From contig OZ024740.1 in the NCBI GenBank assembly GCA_964016885.1, forward strand, positions 384,524,001 to 384,588,000: 64,000 nucleotides of DNA. Reading direction: 5' to 3'. This document shows, in pieces, positions 1 to 13,360 of this stretch. The stretch is from Eledone cirrhosa. Lineage: Eukaryota. How positions within the stretch are numbered: position 1 is the first letter of the stretch; each line of letters opens with the position of its first letter. Made by a program: the position numbers and the translations under genes. The notes under the pieces were generated by a model. It was given only the letters and a program-made list of their open reading frames with translations. It made no database searches and was not told the origin of the DNA.

Positions 1-950
1 TATTCTGATTTCAATTCCCGCTGAGTTCAATTGTGCCCTTCACCCTTTGGATGAATAAAGTATCAGTCTATTACAGGGGCCAAGCTTTCCTCTATATCCC
101 TGACAAATTTCCTCTCAATCACTCCTCCGTGTCTTTAAGAAATTGATTGTCATATTATCTGGAAATAGTTGGAAATTTCCAAGACATGCCATATATCACT
201 CAGGGGCCCTATCATTGTATCATGGGCTGTGAGCCACATAAAATAATATCATTTATCTGAGAGTTCTAAACCCCATTATCAGGGTAAAATACATATATCC
301 CGTGCACGCGTTCATTTCAGGTGTTTCTCCTCCATCTTTACTTCATGTCAATTGGCGGAAGCAATAGAACGCCAGAAAAAATGCCTTGTGATATTTATTC
401 GACGTCCATTCCAGTTAAGTTCAATACTACTGATGTCAACTGTGCCTTTCATTCCTTAATACTTTATTCGATAAATAAACTACCAGCATTGGGTGATAAA
501 CTGGTATAATCGTTAGAACCTCAGATAGAGCTTATTGCACTATTGACGCCAGATTTTTACCTTCTGGGTTTAAATGCTGTGTTAATCCTTCATCCCATTT
601 CACATTACTATGATACAATACAAGTCATGTCGTTTTCGGATGGTACATTAATTACTATATATGTAATACATTTGTAAGAACAGGCGATGTATTGATACGG
701 ACACAGAGATGATGTTATTATATTGAGACAGTCCTTTGGACAGTCATGTCGATCTGGGCTTAAGTTTAATATATAATATATATATATATCAACAGTCGAT
801 CAACAAGATCCCAAACCTCATTCTCTTAACGAGTGAAGTGGAGATAGTCAAATCATACAGAGGAAATAATGTTTCCATTGGTCTTTCCACTTTCCACTAT
901 CTGTCGGTCGTAAATTTAGGCAGAAGGAGCAACGTGAAATGTGCCTTGTT

Positions 951-1013
<63 letters not shown>

Positions 1014-1145
1014 ATACTTTGGGAGGGTCATGTTGCCAATAAGAAACACACGCACCAGTTGCTTTCACTTCAATTTATTATAATAAATTTATAATACATT
1101 TCTGGTGGGTTGGTTGGTTCCACAACCAGATAGTTGTTTATATAT

Positions 1146-1190
1146 AGTCATAGTTCTTTCGTCACACACTCTGTGACCTCTTCAGTGACT
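1146..1190 (-). ncRNA. Minimal type I hammerhead ribozyme, family A pLTR
   Basis: AGTCA-CTGAAGA-G-GTCACA(GAGTG)TGTGAC-GAAA-GAAC-TA-TGACT; stems I and II pair perfectly, stem III minimal. Confidence 0.85.
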
Positions 1191-1330
1191 GGGGATTCCT
1201 GTCTTTGTTCCTGTGCCTCCCCTTTGTTCTGTCCTACGCCATTTTGTTTCTGTGTGTGTGTTGTGTGCTCAGTCTGCGCATGCGTCACATCCGGGTGTCT
1301 GTGTGTGTTTATGTTCATTTATTTATTTGC

Positions 1331-2516
1331 AGGCGACATAGCTAACTTATTCATGGTATGGTGGGACAGTAGACTTAAACTTAAACTTAAAGAACAATTA
1401 GAAGACCCCTTAACCCTGATAATGTACTCCCGCTACGTAGATGATATAAACATCGTAGTTAAGACACCCTCACTAGAGAACAGACAGGAACTAGAGAAAA
1501 ACACAATGGAAAGCATCCAGCAAATAGAAAACTCCATCCACCAGAGCATTAGAGTTACTATAGACTACCCAAGTAAACACCCCAACCATCGATTACCTGT
1601 ACTAGACACAGAGCTCTGGTTAGATACCATTAACAACAAAAAATAAATCCTCCATTCCCATTATGCCAAACCCATGAATTCCAAACATCTGATCCACCGA
1701 AACTCGGTCATTTCGGACCATACCAAAATCAACATACTGATTGCGGATTTGGTACGGGTGATGAGAAATGTATCCCGCATGTGCAACCTCAAAGAACTAG
1801 AGAGACACATACAACACTTCATCCACCGTATGCAGTTCTCTGGCTACAATCAGAGAGATAAAATCAGAGTGTATAGAGGAGCCAGAACCAAATGGGAAAA
1901 AATGGTAAATAATGAAATAAATGGGACCTGCCCCTTGTATAGGAGCAAATTTTGGAATAGAATAGAAAGAACTAGGAACAAGGCTAATAGAATAAACTCA
2001 TGGTATGATAGCAATAAATACCAGAGTGTAATGTTCATCGATACAACCCCTAGAGGTGAATTAGCTTACAAATTTAGAAGGGCCCTAAATAAACATAAAC
2101 TCAATATTAAGATAGTAGAAAGACCAGGTACCTCCGTAAAAACACTTGTTAGCAAGACATACCCTTTCAAAGACCCTCATGTATAGATAAGAAATGTATA
2201 ACCTGTAAAATAAGCCCCCATATTAACTGTAAATGTAGTGTATAGCATGAGATGTATTGAAGGACAATGTAGAGACAAAAATATAGTGTACATAGGTGAG
2301 ACAGCTCGTAGTGTAGGGGAACGGATAAACGAACACTGGCGAGACCTTCAAGATAATAAAGAATCATCTGTACTCTACCAACATGCTAAAATAGAACACA
2401 AGAGTAAATTAGAGAACATAGAAATAAAAATAGAATCTACACGCAGAAAAGACGCAATGTTTAGACAAATTACAGAAGCAATTAAACATAAAAGAATTAC
2501 AACCAAAATTAAATAG
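1331..2516 (+). pseudogene. Disrupted PLE RT (C-terminal half) plus GIY-YIG endonuclease
   Basis: SRYVDDI, LPVLDTELW, YAKPMNS, VYSMRC..C...YIGETARSVGERINEH; stops at 1644 and 2184 plus frameshifts. Confidence 0.92.
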
Positions 2517-2756
2517 AAAATATGAGTGGAACAGCAACATCACAACTTACAATTAAGGACAAAATGAAAACACACACACACATAGAACAAACAACCAACC
2601 AGTAACATGTAAATAAACAAATAAATAAATGAACATAAACACACACTGACACCCGGATGTGGGGCATGCGCAGACTGAGCACAAAACACACACACATAAA
2701 TAAAATGGCGTAGGACAGAACAAAGGAGAGGCACAGAAACAAAGAAAGGAATCCCC

Positions 2757-2801
2757 AGTCACTGAAGATGTCACAGAGTGTGTGACGAAAGAACTATGAC
2801 T
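2757..2801 (+). ncRNA. Minimal hammerhead ribozyme, family A pLTR
   Basis: AGTCA-CTGAAGA-T-GTCACA..TGTGAC-GAAA-GAAC-TA-TGACT. Confidence 0.85.
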
Positions 2802-3011
2802 ATATATAAACAACTATCTGGTTGTGGAACCAACCAACCAACCAGAAATTTATAAATTTATAAATTTATTATAAATTTATTATAATAAATTGAAGTGAAA
2901 GCAACTGGTGCGTGTGTTTCTTATTGGCAACATGACCCTCCCAAAGTATAACAATATCGGTTTCAACACACGATTTCAGATAAAGAATCTTGCTAAACAA
3001 ATTCAGAAACG

Positions 3012-3097
<86 letters not shown>

Positions 3098-3099
<2 letters not shown>

Positions 3100-3294
3100 G
3101 TAAACGGAATAGAAAATGCTGACGAATTGTTCACAGTTGAAAAATGGTTTAATTAGGAATAAAAGAGTATTAGTGATTGTATGGGTTAGTATTCAGTTGT
3201 GGTTTTAAGTTTTTAAGTTTTTACCGGTTGCGCATTTCTAAATGCTTTTCAAAAATAATTTTGAGATAGAGTGGCCGTGTTGTTTGCTCTGATC
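3098..3294 (-). mobile_element. Family B PLE 3' end/pLTR fragment containing a variant hammerhead (about 3218-3256)
   Basis: Reverse complement of about 9325-9499; same piece at 25381-25618. Confidence 0.85.
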
Positions 3295-3452
3295 TTTCAG
3301 AAGATCCCGTTGAGGGTGAAAGCAGCGATTCTTTGCTTAAACTTTAATCTGTTATTTTAATAAATATTTGCTCTACGGTTCTTATATATTTGATATATAT
3401 TTATCCTTATCGAGCCCTCTTTGGATTTTAGTCTTAAAATTTATTATTATTA
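3295..3452 (+). mobile_element. Family C PLE 3' end/pLTR fragment beginning at its hammerhead-like motif
   Basis: Reverse complement of 9890-10049 and 15528-15599. Confidence 0.85.
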
Positions 3453-3501
3453 ATATATATATATATATATATATAAAAAGCATACAGTATATTTCCAAAT
3501 A

Positions 3502-3550
<49 letters not shown>

Positions 3551-4542
3551 CGTATATGCTTATATATATTCTACGGGTATGTATTTACAGCTGAATCTGT
3601 TTGCGTGCGTATTACCGTTGCACAAATAAGTAAATTTCCTGATTGCATATTACTGATTAAGCATTCACCGATTATCTACAATGTGGTTATACGAGTATTG
3701 GTATATGAAAAGGCCTATTATAATGAATTATAAGTAATATATTATCATATTTCATAATTAATGATGACAAAATGAGGCAGGTTTTGCCATAGGGGTTAAC
3801 ATGTACGTGTTATTAGCTATGTTCTGGAGATGTAAAAATGTTGATATTTTTACATATAATCTTTAATATTCTTAAATTTGATTATTATAAAATATTTTTT
3901 CTTTGAGTAAGTTAGAATAATAGGAATCATTATTAATGGATTTTTAACATATTTAAGTGAGCATCTAATCGGAAAAATGTGAAAGATAGATTAAACACAT
4001 ATCCCTTCAGATGGCTAGAAGAGTCACTCTTCTGCTTTTACACACTTTAACCTAAAGGAAGTTACGCCTACTGGGTAGCATCAATTAATTTCTAGTTTCA
4101 TATATCAGTGCATTCGGGCGATATAAACAGAGATATATTACACAGCTAGAAATATATTGCGTGTCCTCGAAAACATAAATCTTACCTATGTATTTCTACA
4201 TGCTGAATCCAATGTGTATCCCGCATTTAAACGATGGTATTATATGGTCTTCGCGCTAATCGTAATACAAAGCCAGCAAATTTGAGTAAGGGAAAGTCCA
4301 TGATGTATGTTGGACAACATACTACCGAATTCAGAAAGGCAACATGCAACGTAGTCCTCAGCGCAACTTGAACTTAGAGAGACTTAACCATTAGTGCTAA
4401 GAATTTATTCAACGCTATAAAAACACATCCAACCTACCACATCAATTCCCACCGTCCCCAAAGCGGAAAAACAATATCCGTTTATCAGCAAAATTTCAGT
4501 ATACATTATCTTATTTACAGAATAACGTGTTCGACATTATTA

Positions 4543-4647
<105 letters not shown>

Positions 4648-4780
4648 CAATATGTTAGTTTATTCGATGTTAAATCGTTTCCGATTATACAAAATCACTG
4701 TTATAAACGGAAATGAAATCTCTAAATAGAGACCTTGCGTATAATGAAATTCTAATAAATGAACATATAATTTCATAGAT

Positions 4781-4837
<57 letters not shown>

Positions 4838-6482
4838 CTTTGATAACTTGGGACAGGAAAAAACTCATGCATGAAGGCAGGAAGCGATTCCACTGCCTCC
4901 TTGTCAAGGGTTGAGATGGAAAAACCTGGTATCAAGCTATTTGTGGACCAGTCAGCACATATATAATATATATATAGGTGTATGCATAAATGTGTTTCTC
5001 TACATGTGTTTTTCGTGACCTTCTGACACATACTTGATTATTAAGTAAACAGTACCTTGGTGAAGTACAGGCTGCTGTGATTCAGGAACCGGAAATGGAA
5101 ACATAAACGTTTCATCGTCGTCATGGTAGATGCAGAGAAAACCTAAAGTTGAAGGTAAAGAACACATATTCAAGAAGTAGTAAATCCAGATAGATTCTTC
5201 ATGACTAGAGTGGTTACAGCTTTAACCTATTCGATATAGTGGCGCTATGTGGTTAGTCGATGGAACAGAAAGTGGGATACGGTACAGGATAAAAGAAACT
5301 TGTTAGCATCACAGTGACTATGTTTTAATATGTATGCAGGCACACATATTTCTGTAGGGTGTGATAGTTGATAATGTTCTGAATTCAAAACCTTCCGCTG
5401 TCCATTTTGCTTTTCAGTTTTCTGAAATAAGCACTATAAGACACATTCCACGAAGACAACATTCGATTGTGTTTGATTGGCAGTGAGAATGTAGCTGCTA
5501 CTTTGTGTAGGACAAGGATCAGCATAGACGAATTTTCCTTAGGTATTTGTGTTATTCATGTTTAAAACTTATCTATGTTCATCGCATTTTATGTATACAT
5601 AAGACTTCATATTATGCTATATTTAACACTCCATAATCCAATGTCTCCGTCATGATTTCGGTAACGCGTACGTTTGAGGGAAGGTCAGCAAATAATTTCT
5701 AGTACAATGCTGGTTAGTAAATGAAAGGCCTTAATTTAATTTGCATATTTAAAAAAGAGATACGAGAAATATGTTCAGGAATAGTTGTTACTTATTTCAA
5801 ATTCGATGTTGCAGAAGGACGAATGCTTCTTTCTAACATTGGCAAAGGAGATCAATCTGGGTGTAGGGAAAGTACTTTATTTATCGATACCGGAAGGATG
5901 AACGGCAAAGCTGACTTCGACGAGATTTGAAATTATAGCGTACAAAGTTGTACCTCAATATCTTAATGCAGTTTGACCAACGCTCTTCGGAAAATACCAA
6001 TCCACCACCATGAGTGTTAGTACTAATGAATACCTTCTAATTTATGTATAAGGCCAGCAATTTACGGGAAAGTTATGTCGATAAATTTGACTGCCGTATG
6101 TGGCTAATGCACTATTTTAACGATCCCGAATGGAAGAAAGCTAAATTTTGCATCGGCGTGATTAGAACACATAACGTAAAGAATGAGAACAAATACAGCA
6201 ATGGGATTTTAATTCTGCTCTACTAATTGTGCTAGTCTATCACAATCAAGCATAAATAATAATGATAATAATGAAATTAATGAAAATACTTTGGAGGCGC
6301 AATTAACACATTTTATACTCCTTTAAGCTCATGAAACGCAACACACCACACATTACTCAACGCAGACGGGCCTTTAGGAAATACAAAGGATTTAAATATA
6401 TGAACAAAACACTCCATAATTTAATTTGAAAATATGCATAACTAATCGACGGCCCCAAATTATTAAAACGGCTATGAGCATA

Positions 6483-6641
<159 letters not shown>

Positions 6642-6664
6642 GTATGTATATTTATATATGTATA

Positions 6665-6796
<132 letters not shown>

Positions 6797-6805
6797 AGCT
6801 ATCCA

Positions 6806-8153
6806 ATAGAAGCTATCCAATTCTGGCTGGATAATTACCACAATGAACTCCCACAACGCATCAAAAAAGAATTCGTGATAGAAGGACTCCAATTTATATT
6901 GGAGAACAATGACTTCGTTTTCAATAACAAATCCTACAGGCAGAAATCTGGGACCGCTATGGGAACGAAAACAGCCCCCACTTATGCCAACCTAGTCATG
7001 GGATACCTGAAAATCACCCTCTACACTAAAGTACTAAACAAATTTGGAAACACTCTCCACTTACACATAGAAAAGAACTGGAAGCGATATCTAGATGACT
7101 GCTTCATCCTTTGGCACGAAAACATCGAGAAACTTAAAGAATTCCACACCCTTATAAATGGGCACCACACGAATATTAACTTTACGATGGAATACAGCCA
7201 TCAACAACTCCCCTTCCTCGACATCCTCATTAAGATTCATAAGAAAAAAATAGAAATAGACATATACTACAAGCCCACAGACTCCAAGCAATATCTCCCT
7301 TTCAACTCTTGCCACGCTAGACACGTTAAAATTAATATTCCTTACAACTTAGCCAAGAGAATCTGTACTATAGTATCCAATAAAAACACCTGTTACTTAC
7401 GGCTACAAGAACTAAAGGACACAATCATAGGCAGGGACTACCCTGCATCACTAATTGACAATGGAATCCAACGTGCCCTACAACTCAGTACCCAGGACCT
7501 TAGACACCCTAAAGTAAATCAACCGAAACTAAAAGCTATTCCATACATCTCCACACACAACACCCTCAACAATGAGGCCTTTGACACCATCCTCCAGAAC
7601 ATCCCTGTGTTAAAAAAGGACCATAGAATGAACCAACCAAATCCTTCGAACACACGATATCATAAAGAGCAAAAGACAATCTAAATCAATGAAAAACATC
7701 CTAACACATGCCAAAGTACTGTCAACCACAACAACGAAAGCCACAGTAAAAAAATGCGATGGACCCAACTGTGGCATATGCATCAACCTAATAGAGGGTT
7801 CGGAATTCTATTTCAAAGAAGAACAACGTTTTATAGTAAAACACAATTTCACATGCGCATCAGAAAACCTAATATATGTATTAACTTACTCAGGTTGTCG
7901 AGAACAATACATAGGCCAGACTAAAAACAGCATCCGCCAACGCATGACTGTCCATAGATCCCAAATTAAAATACGGGAATACAGAAAAATACCGCTGAGT
8001 GAACACATTGATACCTGTGCCGCCCAAAATTATCCCAACTTTAGAATCTTTCCCCTTTACAAATTTAAAGATAATGCCACCCACACCCAGCGCATCAGCA
8101 AGGAATCTCACTTTATTAACAAATACGGACCCCGTCTAAACACTTCTCCCTAA
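6806..8153 (+). pseudogene. PLE RT plus CxxxxCxxC linker plus GIY-YIG, one frameshift near 7640-7690
   Basis: [51 protein letters not shown]...QYIGQT..SIRQRM..H. Confidence 0.95.
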
Positions 8154-8612
8154 GACGAACCCACAACATACACACGTCAACATACATACCTACATCAGCA
8201 TACATCCTACATACATTTCTATCCACATATAAACACAATGACATACATAAACACACGTTCTATGGTGCAACACAAATATACACAAATTAGCATACCTTTT
8301 GATATTTATAGATATAAACGTGCCGACACACAACATACATATACGCACACATGCATTGCACACTGATGGGCACATACATATTTGTCCACAAATATTCCCA
8401 TACGGCAGGGCCTAATGGATTGCCCTTGCAGTACGTACAATCTGGACACACACTCACACACCCCTTGGTGTTATGGCAATACTATACATCATTTCACCCC
8501 TTTTATCATTAATGTTTTTGATGTTCTTTTGAGAGAATCGTTTTTGCAAATTACTGAAAATATCGAATAATGTACACCATTTTTTACCAGTATCACAAAA
8601 ATACTGGTCCAT

Positions 8613-8674
<62 letters not shown>

Positions 8675-8895
8675 ACATACATACACACACATATACACAC
8701 ACACATACACACGCGTACACTAACATACAAACAGACATACACAGACACACACACACACTTCTCCGTATAAGACAAGAGCTGAAAAATATCTTTCAACATG
8801 TTAAAATATCCCCCACACACGTACACACACATTCCTTCTGATCGAATTTATTCGCTCTACCAGGAACCACTCTGCTACACACACACACACACACA

Positions 8896-8944
<49 letters not shown>

Positions 8945-9363
8945 TTGTCTCAATAGACACCTGAACTGTTGACCTTTCAACATGACTGCAATTCACACAC
9001 ACATCCCTACTGACCATTATCACAACAATGAATCTCTTTACTACACACACACACACACACACATATTTGTCTTAATAAACTAATTTTTCAATCAGGCGAA
9101 AAAGGACACTCTTCGACAAACCTACATTTGGCGCAAAATCAATTTTTAACTTTCACGTGACCTCTACCGACCAATCAAAATTGTTTTGACTACAAGAATT
9201 TTTGCAACACGAATTGGCGCGAAATTTATAGTACTCATTCACATGACATTCAACAACCAACCAAATTTTAATACCTCTGGAGCCACTTTTTTCACATAAA
9301 ACAGGAAGAATTTCCAAAACTGATCAGATTAGAGCAAACAACACGGGCGCTCTATCTCAAAAT

Positions 9364-9403
9364 GATTTTTGAAAGGCATTAGAAATGCGCAACCGGTAAA
9401 ATC
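9364..9403 (+). ncRNA. Variant-core minimal hammerhead candidate, family B
   Basis: GATTT-TTGAAAG-GCATT(AGA)AATGC-GCAA-CCGG-TA-AAATC; other copies have TTGAAAA; expected pLTR position. Confidence 0.6.
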
Positions 9404-9555
9404 TTAAAACTAAAACTGAATGCTAACCAATACTTATTCCTAATTAAACTATTATTCACAGGGAAAAATATGTCAGCATTTTCTTTCCCTTTTACTAATA
9501 GATATATATATATATATATATATAAAGGAACGATCAACTTTCGTCAAATCGGAAA

Positions 9556-9639
9556 AAACGCATCGCCTAGTCCAGGAATCGAACTCACAACCTAACGATT
9601 GCGAATCCTATTCTCTAACCACTCAGCCACACACCTTCG

Positions 9640-9640
<1 letters not shown>
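9556..9640 (-). mobile_element. tRNA-derived SINE head or tRNA pseudogene
   Basis: A-box TGGCTGAGTGG and B-box GAGTTCGATTCC at tRNA-like spacing; acceptor stem does not pair. Confidence 0.65.
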
Positions 9641-9690
<50 letters not shown>

Positions 9691-9693
9691 ATA

Positions 9694-9882
9694 TAATTGT
9701 TTCTACTTTAGGCACAAGGCCAGCAATTACCCAGTGCATTACTGGTACTTTATTTTATCGACCCCGTAAGGATGAAAGGCAAAGTCAACCTCGGCGGGAT
9801 TTGAACTCAGATCGTAAAGGGACGTAACTATGCTGGATAGCATGGTGTCTTACCCTCTACCGATACTGACAATCCACCGCCC
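9694..9882 (-). mobile_element. tRNA-derived SINE, full-length copy
   Basis: Same about 195-bp unit as 34618, 43072 and 52874; B-box GAGTTCAAATCC; core GCCTTTCATCCTTACGGGGTCGATAAAATAAAGTACCAG resembles the Meta-SINE domain from memory. Confidence 0.85.
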
Positions 9883-9889
9883 TATATAT

Positions 9890-10130
9890 AGTAATAATAC
9901 TAAATTTTAAGACTAAAATCCAAAGAGGGCTCGATAAGGATAAATAGATATCAAATATATAAGAACCGTAGAGGAAATATTTATTAAAATAACAGATTAA
10001 AGTTTAAGCAAAGAATCGGTGCTTTCACTCTTAACAGGATCTTCTGAAACTAAACTTTTTTTTAGATTAAGAAGATCCCGTTAAGGGTGAAAGCAGCGAT
10101 TCTTTGTTTAAACATTAATCTGTTATTTTA

Positions 10131-10131
<1 letters not shown>
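9890..10131. mobile_element. Head-to-head pair of family C pLTR ends
   Basis: 9890-10053 minus and 10070-10131 plus, both matching 3295-3452; hammerhead-like motif at 10001-10051 (-). Confidence 0.8.
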
Positions 10132-10164
<33 letters not shown>

Positions 10165-10257
10165 TATATATATATATATAAATAAATAATATATATATAT
10201 ATATAAATAAATAATATATATATATAAATAAATAATATATATATATATAAATAAATA

Positions 10258-10289
<32 letters not shown>

Positions 10290-10430
10290 TATATATATAT
10301 ATATATAAATAAATAATATATATATATATATATATAAATAAATAATATATATATATATATATAAATAAATAATATATATATATATATAAATAATTAATAT
10401 ATATATATATAAATAATATATATATATATA

Positions 10431-10471
<41 letters not shown>

Positions 10472-10754
10472 TAATATATATATATATATAAATAATTAAT
10501 ATATATATATATAAATAATATATATATATATAAATAATATATATATATATATATATATATAAATAATATATATATATATAAATAATATATATATATATAT
10601 AAATAATATATATATATATAAATAATATATATATATATATAAATAATATATATATATATATATATATAAATAATTTATATATATATATATAAATAATATA
10701 TATATATATAAATAATATATATATATATATATATATAAATAATATATATATATA

Positions 10755-10810
<56 letters not shown>
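10132..10810. repeat. (TA)n-derived minisatellite with periodic AAATAAATAAT/AAATAAT interruptions
   Basis: Direct reading. Confidence 0.9.
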
Positions 10811-10813
<3 letters not shown>

Positions 10814-11233
10814 TATGTATGTATCTATACGTACATACATATATGTATACAGACGTACAGTAGTATGTTTATATATATACATATATGCACATATATATAT
10901 ATATATGCACGTATCGGTTTACCGAACATTTATTATAATTCTCGGTTTGTTTGTTTGTAAACAAAAAAAAACAGCCCGAATTACGCCGTACGGTGTTTAG
11001 GCAAACACGTCACCTTTTTGTTCAACACTGACACAGGAACGATGTACTAGTTTCAAGCTTATTAGCTATCGCCAGCATCGTATACCTTCCTGCCAGATGG
11101 TTGAACGTCTGAAAGTATATACTTTCCTTATGCATATTAACGGCTGAGCAGCCTAATTTGCATATCGAGTGAGTTCAGTCGGCCGGGCACACCATACTAA
11201 GAGTGAGAAATGAAATTTCGTTTTCATTCTATT

Positions 11234-11236
<3 letters not shown>
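10811..11236 (-). mobile_element. ORF-less hammerhead element family H with short inverted arm (about 11194-11236)
   Basis: Reverse complement of about 12978-13330; right arm matches 12920-12953. Confidence 0.8.
11040..11080 (-). ncRNA. Minimal hammerhead, family H (A6G change)
   Basis: CGATG-CTGGCGA-TAGCT(AATA)AGCTT-GAAA-CTAG-TA-CATCG. Confidence 0.75.
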
Positions 11237-11284
<48 letters not shown>

Positions 11285-11290
11285 ACTTTA

Positions 11291-11466
11291 TCTACTTTAG
11301 GTACAAGGCCAGCAAATACTCAGTACATTACTGGTACTTTATTTTATCGACCCCGTAAGGATGAAAGGCAAAGTTAACCTCGGCGGGATTTGAACTCAGA
11401 TTTTAAAGGGACGTAACTATGATAGAAAACATTGCGTCCAACCCTCTACGGATACTGCCAATTCAA
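11291..11466 (-). mobile_element. tRNA-derived SINE copy
   Basis: Matches 9694-9882. Confidence 0.8.
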
Positions 11467-12250
11467 CGGTGATGTACTTGTTTGGCGATGTTTTTTATAT
11501 GAAATCGTGTGCCGAAACAATAGTGTTTTGTTATTATTTCTTTCAATATTATATATATATCACCTTGATCACCTTGACCGACCAGTCTGTAGAGCGCCAT
11601 TCGGCACCGCTGATCACAGCACGTCGTGCTGTTTTAGCAATAAGATAGTGCCATCCCACTGGGTGGCCGGGCAGGCCATTATATATATATATGTATGTAT
11701 GTATATATATATGTATGTGTGTGTGGGGAAGTGTTTAAATATATACATGCGTATGCGTGTGTGTAATTGTGTGAATAAATGAAACATTTATTTATTACCT
11801 CCTGTAATCTGAGCCAAATAACCACTGCCATCGATATAGAAAATTTCATATGGAACGTCATTCTCTATTATAGACGAGGTCAATTAATTTTTTGAATATC
11901 CCAAAGACCCACTCATTGCAAGTTTTGTCTGAGTTTTTATTGATCAATTCTTTGGTTACTGACAGTGGCTTGCCTTTCCTGACAGCTACGATAAAATCAG
12001 CTGGACCGTAGGAGATTAAATATAATATGCAAACACACAAATTCACACACACACGCACAGGCACACTCACACACACATGCACACACACACACACATATAT
12101 ACTATATTCATATATGTATATATTTATGTGTATGCGCGTGTGCATGTGTGTGGGAATATATATATATATATATATGCGTTCGGATCTAGCTGTCGAAACG
12201 GCCGGAGCTCAGCCGTCGAGATCCTAACTCTTTTCCTCTATATATATATA

Positions 12251-12817
12251 TTTCGTTTCTGAATTTGTTTAACAAAATTCCTTATTTGAAAACGTGTGTT
12301 GAAACCGATATTGTTATATTTTGGGAGGGTCATGTTGCCAATAAGAAACACACGCACTAGTGTTTTCACTTCAATTTATTATAAATTTCCGGTTGGTTGG
12401 TTGGTTCTATAACCGGATGGTTGTTCATATATTGTCAAAGTTCTTTCGTCACACATTCTGTGATTTCTTCAGTGACTGTGGGTTATTTTCTTTATTTTGT
12501 GCCTCTCCTTTGTTCTGTCCTACGCCATCTTGGTTTTGTGTGTGATGTGTGCTTAGTTTGTGCATGTGTTACATCCGGGTGTCTGTGTGTGTTTTTATTT
12601 GTTTATTTATTTGTTTATTTACATGTTACTAGTTAGTTGTTTGTTCTATGTGTGTGTGTTTTCATTTTGTCCTTAATTATAAGTTGTAATGTTGCTATTC
12701 CATTCATGTTTTCTATTTAATTTTGGTTGGAGTTCATTTATGTTTATTGCCTCTGTGATTTGTCTAAACATTGCGTCTTTTCTGTGTGGAGATTCTATTT
12801 TTATCTCTACGTTCTCT
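12251..12817 (-). mobile_element. Diverged family A 3' fragment (GIY-YIG C-terminus plus pLTR) with hammerhead at 12433-12477
   Basis: Reverse complement of about 2411-3013; ENVEIKIESPHRKDAMFRQITEA; AGTCA-CTGAAGA..GAAAGAAC-TT-TGAC. Confidence 0.88.
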
Positions 12818-13328
12818 ATATATGTGTGCATGTATGTATATATATATATATACATACCACTGTACGTCTGTATACATATATGTATGTACGTATACATACT
12901 TATATTTAAGTAACAGCCGTACTAAGAGTGAGAAATGAAATTTCGTTTCATTTTTTCCGTTTATCGTTTTCGGTTCACCCGGCCGATTAACCCACTCGAT
13001 ATGCAAATTGGGCTGCTCAGCCGTTAATATGCATAAGGAAAGTATATACTTTCAGACGTTCAACCATCTGGCAGGAAGGTATACGTTGCTGACGATAGCT
13101 AATAAGCTTGAAACTAGTACAGCGTTCCTTTGTCAGTGTTGAACAAATGAGCAACGATGGTTGCTAGACACTACTGCTTAATTCTGGATGTTTGTTTACA
13201 AACACACCGAGCATTATAATAAATGTTCGGTGAATCCATACGTACATATATATATGTGTGCATGTATGTATATATTTATACATACTACTGTACTTCTGTA
13301 TACATATATGTATGTACGTATACATACT

Positions 13329-13330
<2 letters not shown>
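12818..13330 (+). mobile_element. Family H element, about 432-bp unit with about 80-bp terminal direct repeat
   Basis: 12824-12903 repeats at 13256-13330; no ORF; one hammerhead. Confidence 0.8.
13083..13125 (+). ncRNA. Minimal type I hammerhead, family H
   Basis: ACGTTG-CTGACGA-TAGCT(AATA)AGCTT-GAAA-CTAG-TA-CAGCGT; palindromic stem III. Confidence 0.88.

Positions 13331-13360
<30 letters not shown>

Larger units (their letters stand above)
1008..3013 (+). mobile_element. 5'-truncated Penelope-like element (family A) with inverted pLTR at its 5' end, flanked by (TA)n
   Basis: 1008-1330 is the reverse complement of about 2620-2956; RT/GIY-YIG coding remnants lie between; (TA)n on both sides. 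Confidence 0.92.

Noticed and set aside
2553-2813. Recurrent Cys-rich 86-aa ORF (also 59414, 60133, 1134)
   Set aside because: Antisense reading of the family A pLTR starting at TTG; recurs only because the repeat recurs.
3119-3150. CTGACGA..GAAA hammerhead-like string on the plus strand
   Set aside because: No stem I, antisense to the element, and other copies read CTGACAA.
5090-5340. Possible CR1-like LINE 3' relic
   Set aside because: Only faint RFFMTRVV-like residues; too decayed to support.
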